Below, one piece after another: positions 1 through 7,899 of a stretch of 35,073 nt of DNA. Source of the stretch: Acidimicrobiia bacterium (GTDB lineage Bacteria > Actinomycetota > Acidimicrobiia > Spongiisociales > JAHEDJ01). Below the pieces are notes generated by a model. It saw only the letters and a list, made by a program, of their open reading frames with translations. It did not search any database and was not told the DNA's origin. The position numbers were made by a program, and so were the translations under genes. Every line of letters starts with the position of its first letter. The stretch's first letter is position 1. Location of the stretch: the NCBI GenBank assembly GCA_029210695.1, contig JARGFH010000039.1:1-35073 (forward strand), read 5' to 3'.

Positions 1-93
1 CCCCGGAAGGTGGTCCCATCACTGGCGAGCAGGTGGTCCCATCCCCCTGGCGAAACTCATCTCAAGGTGGTCCCATCAAGCTGGCGGGCGACA
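1..93. mobile_element. Terminus of an IS21-family-like insertion sequence (rest lies left of window)
   Basis: Three copies of AGGTGGTCCCATC..CTGGCG at 8-27, 31-52 and 65-86, ending in GGCGACA at 93 (TGTCGCC on the minus strand). TG..CA ends with several subterminal repeats are typical of IS21. No transposase in the window. Confidence 0.75.
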
Positions 94-139
94 CCAGCAC
101 GACTAGGAGCGCTATGAATAATCTTCCTCTATTTCTCAA
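94..139 (-). pseudogene. 5' end of a secreted/lipoprotein gene interrupted by the IS
   Basis: AAGGAGG (153-147) lies 7 nt before TTG (139). The frame reads MRNRGRLFIALLVVL, a basic n-region plus hydrophobic h-region, then runs into the IS end at 93. Confidence 0.7.
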
Positions 140-460
140 AATCCAACCTCCTTCGTGAACTCATTCGTTTTCGATTGCGTCGATGATCGCATGACTATAT
201 GCACGTCTCCTTGGGTCGGTCAGGTTGCGCCGAGGACACCCGTCTGCGAGTGAGGGAGCCCCGGCGAATAACTACTGCGCTCGCAGGTATACAGAAGGAA
301 GGTCGACGAGCAGTCAGGAAACAGATCGTCCTGCCGGTAGGGATCAGGTCGTGGGAGACCGCCGCGTTTTCATCGCGCCGCCGCAGCCGCCGAGAACGGT
401 GACTCGCTCCAGCGTGCCTGCCGAGGTCCGCTTGACCCTTCTCCATCCAGACCCTCCTCG

Positions 461-474
461 TGGGAGCGTTCCCA
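461..474. promoter_or_regulatory. CelR/CebR-type LacI operator (1 mismatch)
   Basis: TGGGAGCGTTCCCA versus the palindrome TGGGAGCGCTCCCA. Confidence 0.85.
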
Positions 475-482
475 AGAAACGG

Positions 483-496
483 TGGGAGCGCTCCCA
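483..496. promoter_or_regulatory. CelR/CebR-type LacI operator (perfect)
   Basis: Perfect 14-bp palindrome TGGGAGCGCTCCCA, immediately downstream of the leftward -10. Confidence 0.92.
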
Positions 497-498
497 GG

Positions 499-528
499 AA
501 TATAGAAGCGATCGCGTCCCAGCGTCAA
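499..528 (-). promoter_or_regulatory. Leftward housekeeping-sigma promoter
   Basis: TTGACG (528-523), 18-nt spacer, TATATT (504-499). Confidence 0.7.
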
Positions 529-529
529 G

Positions 530-558
530 TTGACTATGTAATATGCCAGAAGTAGTTT
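530..558 (+). promoter_or_regulatory. Rightward housekeeping-sigma promoter for the lacI-glucanase operon
   Basis: TTGACT (530-535), 17-nt spacer, TAGTTT (553-558). Confidence 0.7.
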
Positions 559-572
559 CCTGGTGCGCTAAC

Positions 573-586
573 TGAGAGCGCTCCCA
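573..586. promoter_or_regulatory. CelR/CebR-type operator (1 mismatch), probable autoregulatory site
   Basis: TGAGAGCGCTCCCA between the -10 and the RBS GGAGG (590-594) of the LacI gene. Confidence 0.85.
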
Positions 587-599
587 AACGGAGGTCGTA

Positions 600-1634
600 G
601 TGAACCTCACACTCGAGGACATTGGTCGGCTGGCGGGAGTATCTCGCTCGACCGTTTCGCGTGTCATCAATGATCAGGCAAGTGTCAGCTCTGACGTTCG
701 CCAGCGGGTACAGGAGACGATCCGTCGGACCGGCTACACGCCGAACGTTGCTGCCCGATCGCTGGTCTCCGGACGGAGCGGCGTAATCGGGCTCGTCATT
801 CCCAGCCGGGTGCACAGGGTCTTCGAGGATCCGTACTTCTCGCGGCTGATCCAGGGTATCAGCGCGGCGAGCAACCGCTCGGGCACCGTCTTGTCTCTCT
901 TTCTGTTTCAGAACGAGGAGGAGGAGAGCGAGCTGTATCCGCGGGTTGTCACATCGCGGTTCCTGGATGGGCTGATTCTCACCGCAACACGGATGGCGGA
1001 TCCGCTCTTGGCCAGGGTGCCCAGTGGCGAGCTACCCATCGTGATGGTCGGGCGCCCGGACGTAGACGGCCTCAGCTATGTCAACGTCGACAACCGCGGC
1101 GGAGCCCTCCGGGCGGCGACCCACCTGTGCGGCCTCGGCTACGGACGCATCGGTCTAGTCGGAGCGCCCGTGTCCACGACGGCCGGCCTCGATCGACTGA
1201 ACGGTTTCGTCGAGGGGCTCGCCATCTGCGGAAAGGCCCTTCCGCCCAAGCTCCGGGCCGACGGGGACTTCTCAGAAGCAAGCGGATACCGGGCCATGCG
1301 GGAGTTGCTGCCGGGCAAACCCGACGCCGTATTCGCCGCTTCGGACACGATGGCGATCGGTGCTCTGCAGGCGTTGCGCGAGGAAGGGATCAGGGTCCCG
1401 CAGGACATAGCCTTAATGGGGTTCGACGGCCTACCGTCGTCTGAGACCTCCGTTCCGACGTTGACGACCATCCGCCAGCCCGTCATCGAGACGGGGGTGA
1501 GGGCCGTCCATCTCTTGAACGACCTCGTGACCGGGGTTTCGGTAGCACCGATCGTCGAGATCCTGCCGGTCGAACTCGTCGTTCGGGAGTCGTGTGGCGC
1601 GCTGCGCATGGCCCCGGCAACGGGAGTCGAATGA
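600..1634 (+). CDS. LacI-family transcriptional repressor (CelR/CebR-like)
   Basis: N-terminal HTH TLEDIGRLAGVSRSTVSRVIN, hinge GYTPNVAARSL, periplasmic-binding-fold C-terminus (GFD..LTTIRQP..LVVRESCG). Confidence 0.95.
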   Translation: MNLTLEDIGRLAGVSRSTVSRVINDQASVSSDVRQRVQETIRRTGYTPNVAARSLVSGRSGVIGLVIPSRVHRVFEDPYFSRLIQGISAASNRSGTVLSLFLFQNEEEESELYPRVVTSRFLDGLILTATRMADPLLARVPSGELPIVMVGRPDVDGLSYVNVDNRGGALRAATHLCGLGYGRIGLVGAPVSTTAGLDRLNGFVEGLAICGKALPPKLRADGDFSEASGYRAMRELLPGKPDAVFAASDTMAIGALQALREEGIRVPQDIALMGFDGLPSSETSVPTLTTIRQPVIETGVRAVHLLNDLVTGVSVAPIVEILPVELVVRESCGALRMAPATGVE

Positions 1635-1733
1635 GCAAGCAGTGAGCCGAAGGGAAACGAGCCGGCCCTCGCGGCTCGGCGGGATTTGGAGACGGACGCC
1701 GGAGCGGTCCGCACCATGGAGAAGGAGAGACAA

Positions 1734-4700
1734 ATGAAGGGGTTGAACCAGAGGAGCCTCAAGGGTCTGGCAACGCTGGCCGTCATGGCTTTGATCACGT
1801 CGGTGCTTTTGGTGACGCCGGCGATGCCGGCGGCTGCGGACACGGCGGTCTTCGATGACATGGAACATGGTGATCCATTCGCGAACGGATGGTTCTCTTT
1901 CAACGGGGCGGTCGGCGGCGGTGGTATCGCGGCGAATACGGCCGACCTGCCTCCGGGTAACGGGGGCAGTTTCTCGCTCGAGACCGGCTGGGGGTCCGGC
2001 GGAGCTGCCGGCTTCTTCGGAGGATTCGGACGTACCAACCCGACCGACCTGTCGGGCGTCGACCACTTCAACTTCTGGATCAACCCGGACGCCGGTCAGG
2101 ATTACACCCTGGAGATCAACCTGCAGGACGACGACAACGCCGATGGCAACATAAGCTCTCCCGAAGACGACGAGTTTCAGTTCAACTGCGCCGTGTCGGA
2201 CTCGGGGCCGTGCGCCATTGCTGGAGGCGGCTGGCAGCTCGTGTCGATCCCGCTTGCCGGCTTTTTCGATGACAACTCCTTCCTGACCGGGGGCAACGGG
2301 ACACTCGACGCGACACCGTCAAACGGCGAGTTGATCAACGTAATCGTCGCTGTCATCAGCACCAGTGGCGCAGACGTGACATTCCGCACCGACTACTGGG
2401 CTTTCGACAGCCGTGTCGTCGACAACTTCGAAGGTGGCCTGCCGGCCGGCAGCGACGCCAACGGAAACGCCGTCGGTTTCTTCACCTTCCAGGACCCGGC
2501 CAGCACGGTCACGATCTCGACCACTGCTACTCCACCCGTTCCGGTGCCCGATTCGGATTCCTCGAACACGGTGCTTCAGGTGGAGACCAGCGTCAGCGGC
2601 AGCAACGGATTTGCCGGAGTTGTCCACGCCTTCGAGAACGAATCGGTCGACACATGGGTGACGCAGGACTGGAGCATGTTTGCGGGATTCAGCTTCTGGC
2701 TGTACGGCAACAACACCGGTTCAACCCTCTTCGTCGACCTCCTCGACAATCGGAATCCCGGCTCGACGACCGACGATGCCGAGCGCTTTTCGATCGATGT
2801 CGTCGACGACTTCTCCGGCTGGCGGCTCTTCGAGATCCCCTTCGCGAGTTTGAACCGGAAAGAGGTCGGCAACGGCGCTCCCAACGACGGGCTCAATCTC
2901 ACCGAGGTGCACGGCTGGGCGTTCGGTGTCTTCGACAGCGGGGTACCGTTCACCAACTACCTCGACGACGTTCAGTTGTTCGGAGTCGGCGAAGTACCCG
3001 AGCTGGCGGTGAGCTTCAGCGCCAACGACTTCGACGTGACCGAAGGAGACACCGGCCAGATCACGGTGGCGCTGAGTCGAGCACTCGGCGACGATGACCC
3101 CGATCGGGTGTCGATCGACTACTCGGTGGAGACGATCGTTCCGGTACCAGGCCGCGACTACGTCCAGCCTGCACCCGGCACGCTGACCTTCGTCAAGGAC
3201 GGACCTTCGGAGCTGTCCTTCTCAGTGCAGACGCTCGAAGACTCAAAGCACGAGAGCGCCGAGCGATTGATCCTGAAGTTGTCGAATCCCGTCGACGTGG
3301 CGGCCGGCTTCATCATGCAGGCCGCCCTCACCATCAGCGATGACGACCCCTTCGATCCGTTGCTGCTCGACGACTTCGAGCACTACCCGTACTTGTGGGA
3401 TGCGGCGGGCAATGTGGGGCTGGCCAATCCGGAACTGGAGTCCGGCGATCCTATGGCCGTGCCGGGACAGGGCCCCTATGAGCAGGTGCTCGAAGCGACC
3501 GTGCCCCTCCACGTGGACATCTCTATCGAAGGTCGCGTCTGCAATCGCGGAAGCGGCGTCATTCCGGTCGTCCTGTATTCCACCGATGAGTTCGACGCCA
3601 CGACGGTGGACCACACCACCGTCACACTCGGATCGGCGAGCGAGACGCACCTCAACCGCAAGACCGGCACGGCCGTGCGCCACGTGGAGGACGTCGACCG
3701 TGACGGAGATCTCGATCTGGTGTTCCATTTCCGATTCTCCGAAACCGGCCTGGAGTGCGATCCGTCGGTTGTGCCCTTCAACGGCCACACCTACGACGAC
3801 AAGCCCTTCACGGGCGGTGGCTCCGACGCTTCTTTCGGACGTGACTTCCCCGTCGGTCAGGACTGGACGGGTGCCGAGGCGCTGAGCTTCTGGTACTACG
3901 GGCAGAACACCGGAGATACGATCACACTGGACCTGCTCGACAATCGCGCCTCCGATCCCGGACCCGCCGGTTGGTCGCTGGTGTGGAGTGACGAATTCAA
4001 CGAACCGGCCGGCACTCCCCCGAACCCGGACAACTGGGGTTACGAGATAGGAGACGGCACCGTCAACGGCATTCCCGGCTGGGGCAACTCCGAGCTGCAG
4101 TACTACACGGACGACCCGGACAACGTCGCCACCGACGGCGCCGGGAATCTCGTAATCACGGCCGACGCGGCCGATGGTCAGGACTGCTACTACGGCCCCT
4201 GCGAATACACCTCGGCCCGATTGGCCACCACCAACCGGGCGGAGTTCGCCTACGGTCGGGTGGAATCCAGGATCCAGGTTCCCGACGGTGAAAATGGGCT
4301 GTGGCCGGCGTTCTGGAGCCTCGGTACCGACATCGACCGGGTGGACTGGCCTCAGACGGGCGAGATCGACATCATGGAGTACGTCAGCCGCCTCCCGGAC
4401 GAGATCTTCGGGACGATCCACGGCCCGGGATACTCAGGAGGTTCCTCCTTCGGCAATACATACCCGTTCCCCGGCGGTGTGGCAGCCGGCTATCACACGT
4501 TCGCGATCGAGTGGCAGCCGGATCTGATCGAGTGGTACGTGGACGGCATCGTCTATCACACGGCGACGCCGGCCGATGTCGCTCCCAACCAGTGGGTGTT
4601 CAACGACCCCGTCTACTTGCTCCTCAACCTGGCCGTCGGCGGCAACTTCGGCGGTGAAGTGAGCGACGCACTGACCTTCCCGCAGGAGTTGAAGGTCGAC

Positions 4701-6026
4701 TACGTGCGGGTCTACCAGGGCCCCGACACGGCTGAGCGGTTCGAGACGTCGTTCGTTGACGACTTCTCCGGCTGGCAGCAGGTCGTCGTACCGTTCGACG
4801 CCTTCGTGCGCAGTGCCGCTCAGCCGAATGGAGCGCCCGACGATGGCCTCAGCCTCAACGAAGTATGGGGTTACGGTTTCGACCTCCCGGACGCCGGTTC
4901 GAGCACCGGAACACTGTGGCTGGATCAGGTGCGGCTCGTCCCAGAGCCGCGCCTCGTAACAAATCTGAACGACGCGGGGCCGGGCTCGCTACGGCAGGCG
5001 ATCGCCGACGTCGTAGCCGGCGGAAACGTCGTGTTCGATCCCAGCCTCGCCGGCGGAACGATCACGCTCAGCTCCGGCCCGCTGGTCATTGGCAAAGCCG
5101 TCTCAATCGACGGCTCCGGTGCAGCCGGAATCGTGGTGAGCGGCGGCGGTGCAGACCGTGTCCTCATCGTCGGCCCCGGTGGGGTGGGCAACATCGGCCA
5201 TCTCACCCTGGCCGACGGCTACGGCTGGCAGCTGGCAGGATGCGTGCTCAACAACGGTTCGCTCACGCTCGACCACGCCACGGTGACTGGGTGCACCATG
5301 GCAACCGATGCCGGCGAGTTCTGGCAGGGCGGCGGTGGCATCTACAACGGTGACGGCGCAACGCTGAGCCTCGTTGACAGTACGGTGGCCGACAATCACG
5401 CCGCCTGGTCCGGTGGCGGTGTGTATTCGTTCCTCAACACGACCACCACAATCGTCCGAAGCACGATCAATGGAAATGTGTCGAATGATGTTGGGGGTGC
5501 CTTCCGCTCTCTCGGCAACGTGACGATCACGAACAGCACGATCAGCGGCAACACAGCAATCGGGTGGCACGGCGGTGCGATCTTCCAGACTGACGGAGAC
5601 GTCAGCATCTCGAATTCGACCGTAGCCAACAATGTTGGTCCGGACTGGGCACCCTCGACGTTCTTCATCGGTCAGTACGGTGGCGGATTTGTGCCAACGC
5701 TGACGCTGACCAACACGATCGTCACGGGTAATCAGTGGTACGCCTGTGAGAAGTTCGCATCGGGTACTCCCGGAAACGTCGTGTCCGGAGGTAGCAACCT
5801 GGTGCAGGACGACTCGTGCAACCCGGTCGGATCCGACCTGATCGGCGTCGACGCCCTGATCAGCCCTCTCGCCGACAACGGCGGCCCGACATTCACTCAC
5901 GCACTGCTGCCGGGCAGCCCGGCGATCGACGCGGCCAATGCGTCGGCGTGCCCGGCCACCGACCAGCGCGGAGTCACTCGGCCGCAGGGTGCCGGTTGCG
6001 ATGTCGGAGCGTTCGAACTCGAGTGA
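1734..6026 (+). CDS. Secreted modular GH16 endo-beta-1,3-glucanase (CBM11-like repeats, Calx-beta, GH16, C-terminal beta-helix/choice-of-anchor-Q-like region)
   Basis: RBS AAGGAG at 1722-1727 before ATG 1734; signal peptide ending AAA-D; GH16 motifs WSDEF, GWGNSELQYY, GLWPAFW, EIDIME (4362-4379), DYVRVYQ; C-terminal LADNGGPTFTHALLPGSPAIDA..DQRG..CDVGAFE. Confidence 0.9.
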   Translation: MKGLNQRSLKGLATLAVMALITSVLLVTPAMPAAADTAVFDDMEHGDPFANGWFSFNGAVGGGGIAANTADLPPGNGGSFSLETGWGSGGAAGFFGGFGRTNPTDLSGVDHFNFWINPDAGQDYTLEINLQDDDNADGNISSPEDDEFQFNCAVSDSGPCAIAGGGWQLVSIPLAGFFDDNSFLTGGNGTLDATPSNGELINVIVAVISTSGADVTFRTDYWAFDSRVVDNFEGGLPAGSDANGNAVGFFTFQDPASTVTISTTATPPVPVPDSDSSNTVLQVETSVSGSNGFAGVVHAFENESVDTWVTQDWSMFAGFSFWLYGNNTGSTLFVDLLDNRNPGSTTDDAERFSIDVVDDFSGWRLFEIPFASLNRKEVGNGAPNDGLNLTEVHGWAFGVFDSGVPFTNYLDDVQLFGVGEVPELAVSFSANDFDVTEGDTGQITVALSRALGDDDPDRVSIDYSVETIVPVPGRDYVQPAPGTLTFVKDGPSELSFSVQTLEDSKHESAERLILKLSNPVDVAAGFIMQAALTISDDDPFDPLLLDDFEHYPYLWDAAGNVGLANPELESGDPMAVPGQGPYEQVLEATVPLHVDISIEGRVCNRGSGVIPVVLYSTDEFDATTVDHTTVTLGSASETHLNRKTGTAVRHVEDVDRDGDLDLVFHFRFSETGLECDPSVVPFNGHTYDDKPFTGGGSDASFGRDFPVGQDWTGAEALSFWYYGQNTGDTITLDLLDNRASDPGPAGWSLVWSDEFNEPAGTPPNPDNWGYEIGDGTVNGIPGWGNSELQYYTDDPDNVATDGAGNLVITADAADGQDCYYGPCEYTSARLATTNRAEFAYGRVESRIQVPDGENGLWPAFWSLGTDIDRVDWPQTGEIDIMEYVSRLPDEIFGTIHGPGYSGGSSFGNTYPFPGGVAAGYHTFAIEWQPDLIEWYVDGIVYHTATPADVAPNQWVFNDPVYLLLNLAVGGNFGGEVSDALTFPQELKVDYVRVYQGPDTAERFETSFVDDFSGWQQVVVPFDAFVRSAAQPNGAPDDGLSLNEVWGYGFDLPDAGSSTGTLWLDQVRLVPEPRLVTNLNDAGPGSLRQAIADVVAGGNVVFDPSLAGGTITLSSGPLVIGKAVSIDGSGAAGIVVSGGGADRVLIVGPGGVGNIGHLTLADGYGWQLAGCVLNNGSLTLDHATVTGCTMATDAGEFWQGGGGIYNGDGATLSLVDSTVADNHAAWSGGGVYSFLNTTTTIVRSTINGNVSNDVGGAFRSLGNVTITNSTISGNTAIGWHGGAIFQTDGDVSISNSTVANNVGPDWAPSTFFIGQYGGGFVPTLTLTNTIVTGNQWYACEKFASGTPGNVVSGGSNLVQDDSCNPVGSDLIGVDALISPLADNGGPTFTHALLPGSPAIDAANASACPATDQRGVTRPQGAGCDVGAFELE

Positions 6027-6047
6027 GGTTGTCAATCGTCCACCTCC

Positions 6048-6078
6048 GGGCTCCGGCCGGTTTCCCCGGCCGGAGCCC
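6048..6078 (+). terminator. Strong intra-operon hairpin (terminator or mRNA stabiliser)
   Basis: 13-bp perfect stem GGGCTCCGGCCGG/CCGGCCGGAGCCC with a 5-nt loop just after the GH16 stop; no U-tract. Confidence 0.6.
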
Positions 6079-6102
6079 CTCCTCCAACAGGGACCTGAAG
6101 CC

Positions 6103-7899
6103 GTGATCTCCCACGATTCGACAATTGAACAGCTCATCGCGGGGATGACGCCGGCTGAGAAGATCGGCCAGATGACACAGGCATCAAATGAGGCCATCAC
6201 CCCTCGCGAGGTAGCGGATCTATCCATCGGATCGGTGCTGTCCGGTGGCAACGGCAACCCGACGCCGAACACCCCCTCGGTATGGGCCGACATGGTCGGG
6301 TCGTTTGTCGAAGCTGCCGGTCAATCGGGGATTCCACTGGTTTACGGCGTCGACGCGGTCCACGGCCACAGCAACGTGGGCGGGGCAACGATCTTCCCGC
6401 ACAACATCGGGCTCGGCTCGGCCGGAGACGAAGGTCTCGTCGAGCGAATCGGGCAGGCCACCGCCACCGAGATGCGGGCAACGGGAATCCGCTGGACATT
6501 TGCTCCGACGGTGGCGGTGCCACAGGACATCAGGTGGGGCAGGACCTATGAGGGTTACGGGCGGGATCCTGAATTGGTGGCCAAGCAGAGTGCCGCGTTG
6601 GTGAGAGGCCTGCAAGGATCCGGGCAAGGGCCCCTGTCCGTCCTGGCCTGCGCCAAGCACTTCGTGGGTGACGGAGCCACCACGTGGGGCACCGCGCCCC
6701 GTTTCAGCTGGGAGCACTGGTGGGACGGCTGGGGCGATAGCTGGCAGATCGATCAGGGCGACGCCCGGATCTCGGAGGAGCAACTCCGCTCAATCCACCT
6801 CCGCCCCTATATCGCCGCCCTCGAGGCGGGCGTCATGACCGTCATGGCCTCTTACAACTCGTGGAATGGCGAGAAACTGCATGCCCACCACGGCCTGCTA
6901 TCCGGCGTGCTGAAGGAAGAGCTCGGATTCCGGGGATTCGTGGTATCGGATTGGATGGGGGTCGACCAGATCGACTCGGACTACGAGACGAGCGTCGTCA
7001 GGGCCATCAACGCCGGCGTCGACATGGTGATGGTCCCCGATGACTATCTCAGGTTCATCGAGGTCATGAAACGAGTGACGGCCTCCGGACGGATCCCGGT
7101 AGAGAGGATCGATGACGCGGTGCGCAGGATCCTCAGAGCGAAGCTTGCAGCCGGGCTCTTCGACCCCCAACCTCCGACGCCTCCGCTCAGCGCTGTCGGC
7201 TCAACGGAGCATCGCGCCCTCGCCGCCGAAGCAGTGCGGGGCAGCGCCGTCTTGCTGAAGAACGACGGAGCACTTCCCCTCGCTGCCGGCGCCCGATCAA
7301 TTGAGGTGGCCGGCAGAGCAGCCGACGATATCGGCCTCCAATGCGGCGGCTGGACCGTGGGATGGCAGGGAGGTTCCGGACGAACCACCGCCGGGACGAC
7401 ACTGCTCGACGGGCTGCGAGCCTCCTCGCCACACGGCATCGAGTTCGACCCCTCCGGAGACTTCTCCAGTCCCAATCGCCCGGACATCGGGATTGTGTGC
7501 ATCGCCGAGCCACCGTACGCCGAGGGACCGGGTGATCGGGCCACACCCACCGCCTCCGATGAGGACAGGGCCGTCTTTGCACGGATGCGCGAACGCGCTG
7601 ATGTTTTGGTGCTGGTGGTCTACTCCGGCCGGCCACTGGTCATTCCGGACCTCATCGATCGGGCCGACGCCGTAGTAGCCGCCTGGCTTCCCGGCAGCGA
7701 AGGTGCCGCCCTGGGCGAAGTGTTGTCGGGTCTTCATCGGTTTTCCGCCCGGACCTCTCAGCCCTGGCCTCGCTCGTTTGAAGCCCTCGACGATCCGGAG
7801 CCCACCCCTCTGTTTCCGGCCGGACACGGCCTATCCCCCACCGCCGCCGATGCCGGCAGGAACTCAAAGACGACACCGCCAGAGCAAGTAAATGATTGA
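6103..7899 (+). CDS. GH3 beta-glucosidase/exo-beta-glucanase (cytoplasmic)
   Basis: MTPAEKIGQMTQ, DAVHGH, RWGRTYEG, CAKHFVGDG, nucleophile motif VVSDW, AAWLPGSEG. Start placed at GTG 6103 because the ORF-track start overlaps GH16. Confidence 0.92.
   Translation: MISHDSTIEQLIAGMTPAEKIGQMTQASNEAITPREVADLSIGSVLSGGNGNPTPNTPSVWADMVGSFVEAAGQSGIPLVYGVDAVHGHSNVGGATIFPHNIGLGSAGDEGLVERIGQATATEMRATGIRWTFAPTVAVPQDIRWGRTYEGYGRDPELVAKQSAALVRGLQGSGQGPLSVLACAKHFVGDGATTWGTAPRFSWEHWWDGWGDSWQIDQGDARISEEQLRSIHLRPYIAALEAGVMTVMASYNSWNGEKLHAHHGLLSGVLKEELGFRGFVVSDWMGVDQIDSDYETSVVRAINAGVDMVMVPDDYLRFIEVMKRVTASGRIPVERIDDAVRRILRAKLAAGLFDPQPPTPPLSAVGSTEHRALAAEAVRGSAVLLKNDGALPLAAGARSIEVAGRAADDIGLQCGGWTVGWQGGSGRTTAGTTLLDGLRASSPHGIEFDPSGDFSSPNRPDIGIVCIAEPPYAEGPGDRATPTASDEDRAVFARMRERADVLVLVVYSGRPLVIPDLIDRADAVVAAWLPGSEGAALGEVLSGLHRFSARTSQPWPRSFEALDDPEPTPLFPAGHGLSPTAADAGRNSKTTPPEQVND

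Noticed and set aside
8..86. CRISPR array from the three GGTGGTCCCATC repeats
   Set aside because: Repeats are too short, spacing is irregular (23 and 34 nt), there are no cas genes, and the layout fits an IS21 end.
104..117. Fourth CelR-type operator (TAGGAGCGCTATGA)
   Set aside because: Four mismatches to the palindrome, and it lies inside the interrupted coding sequence.
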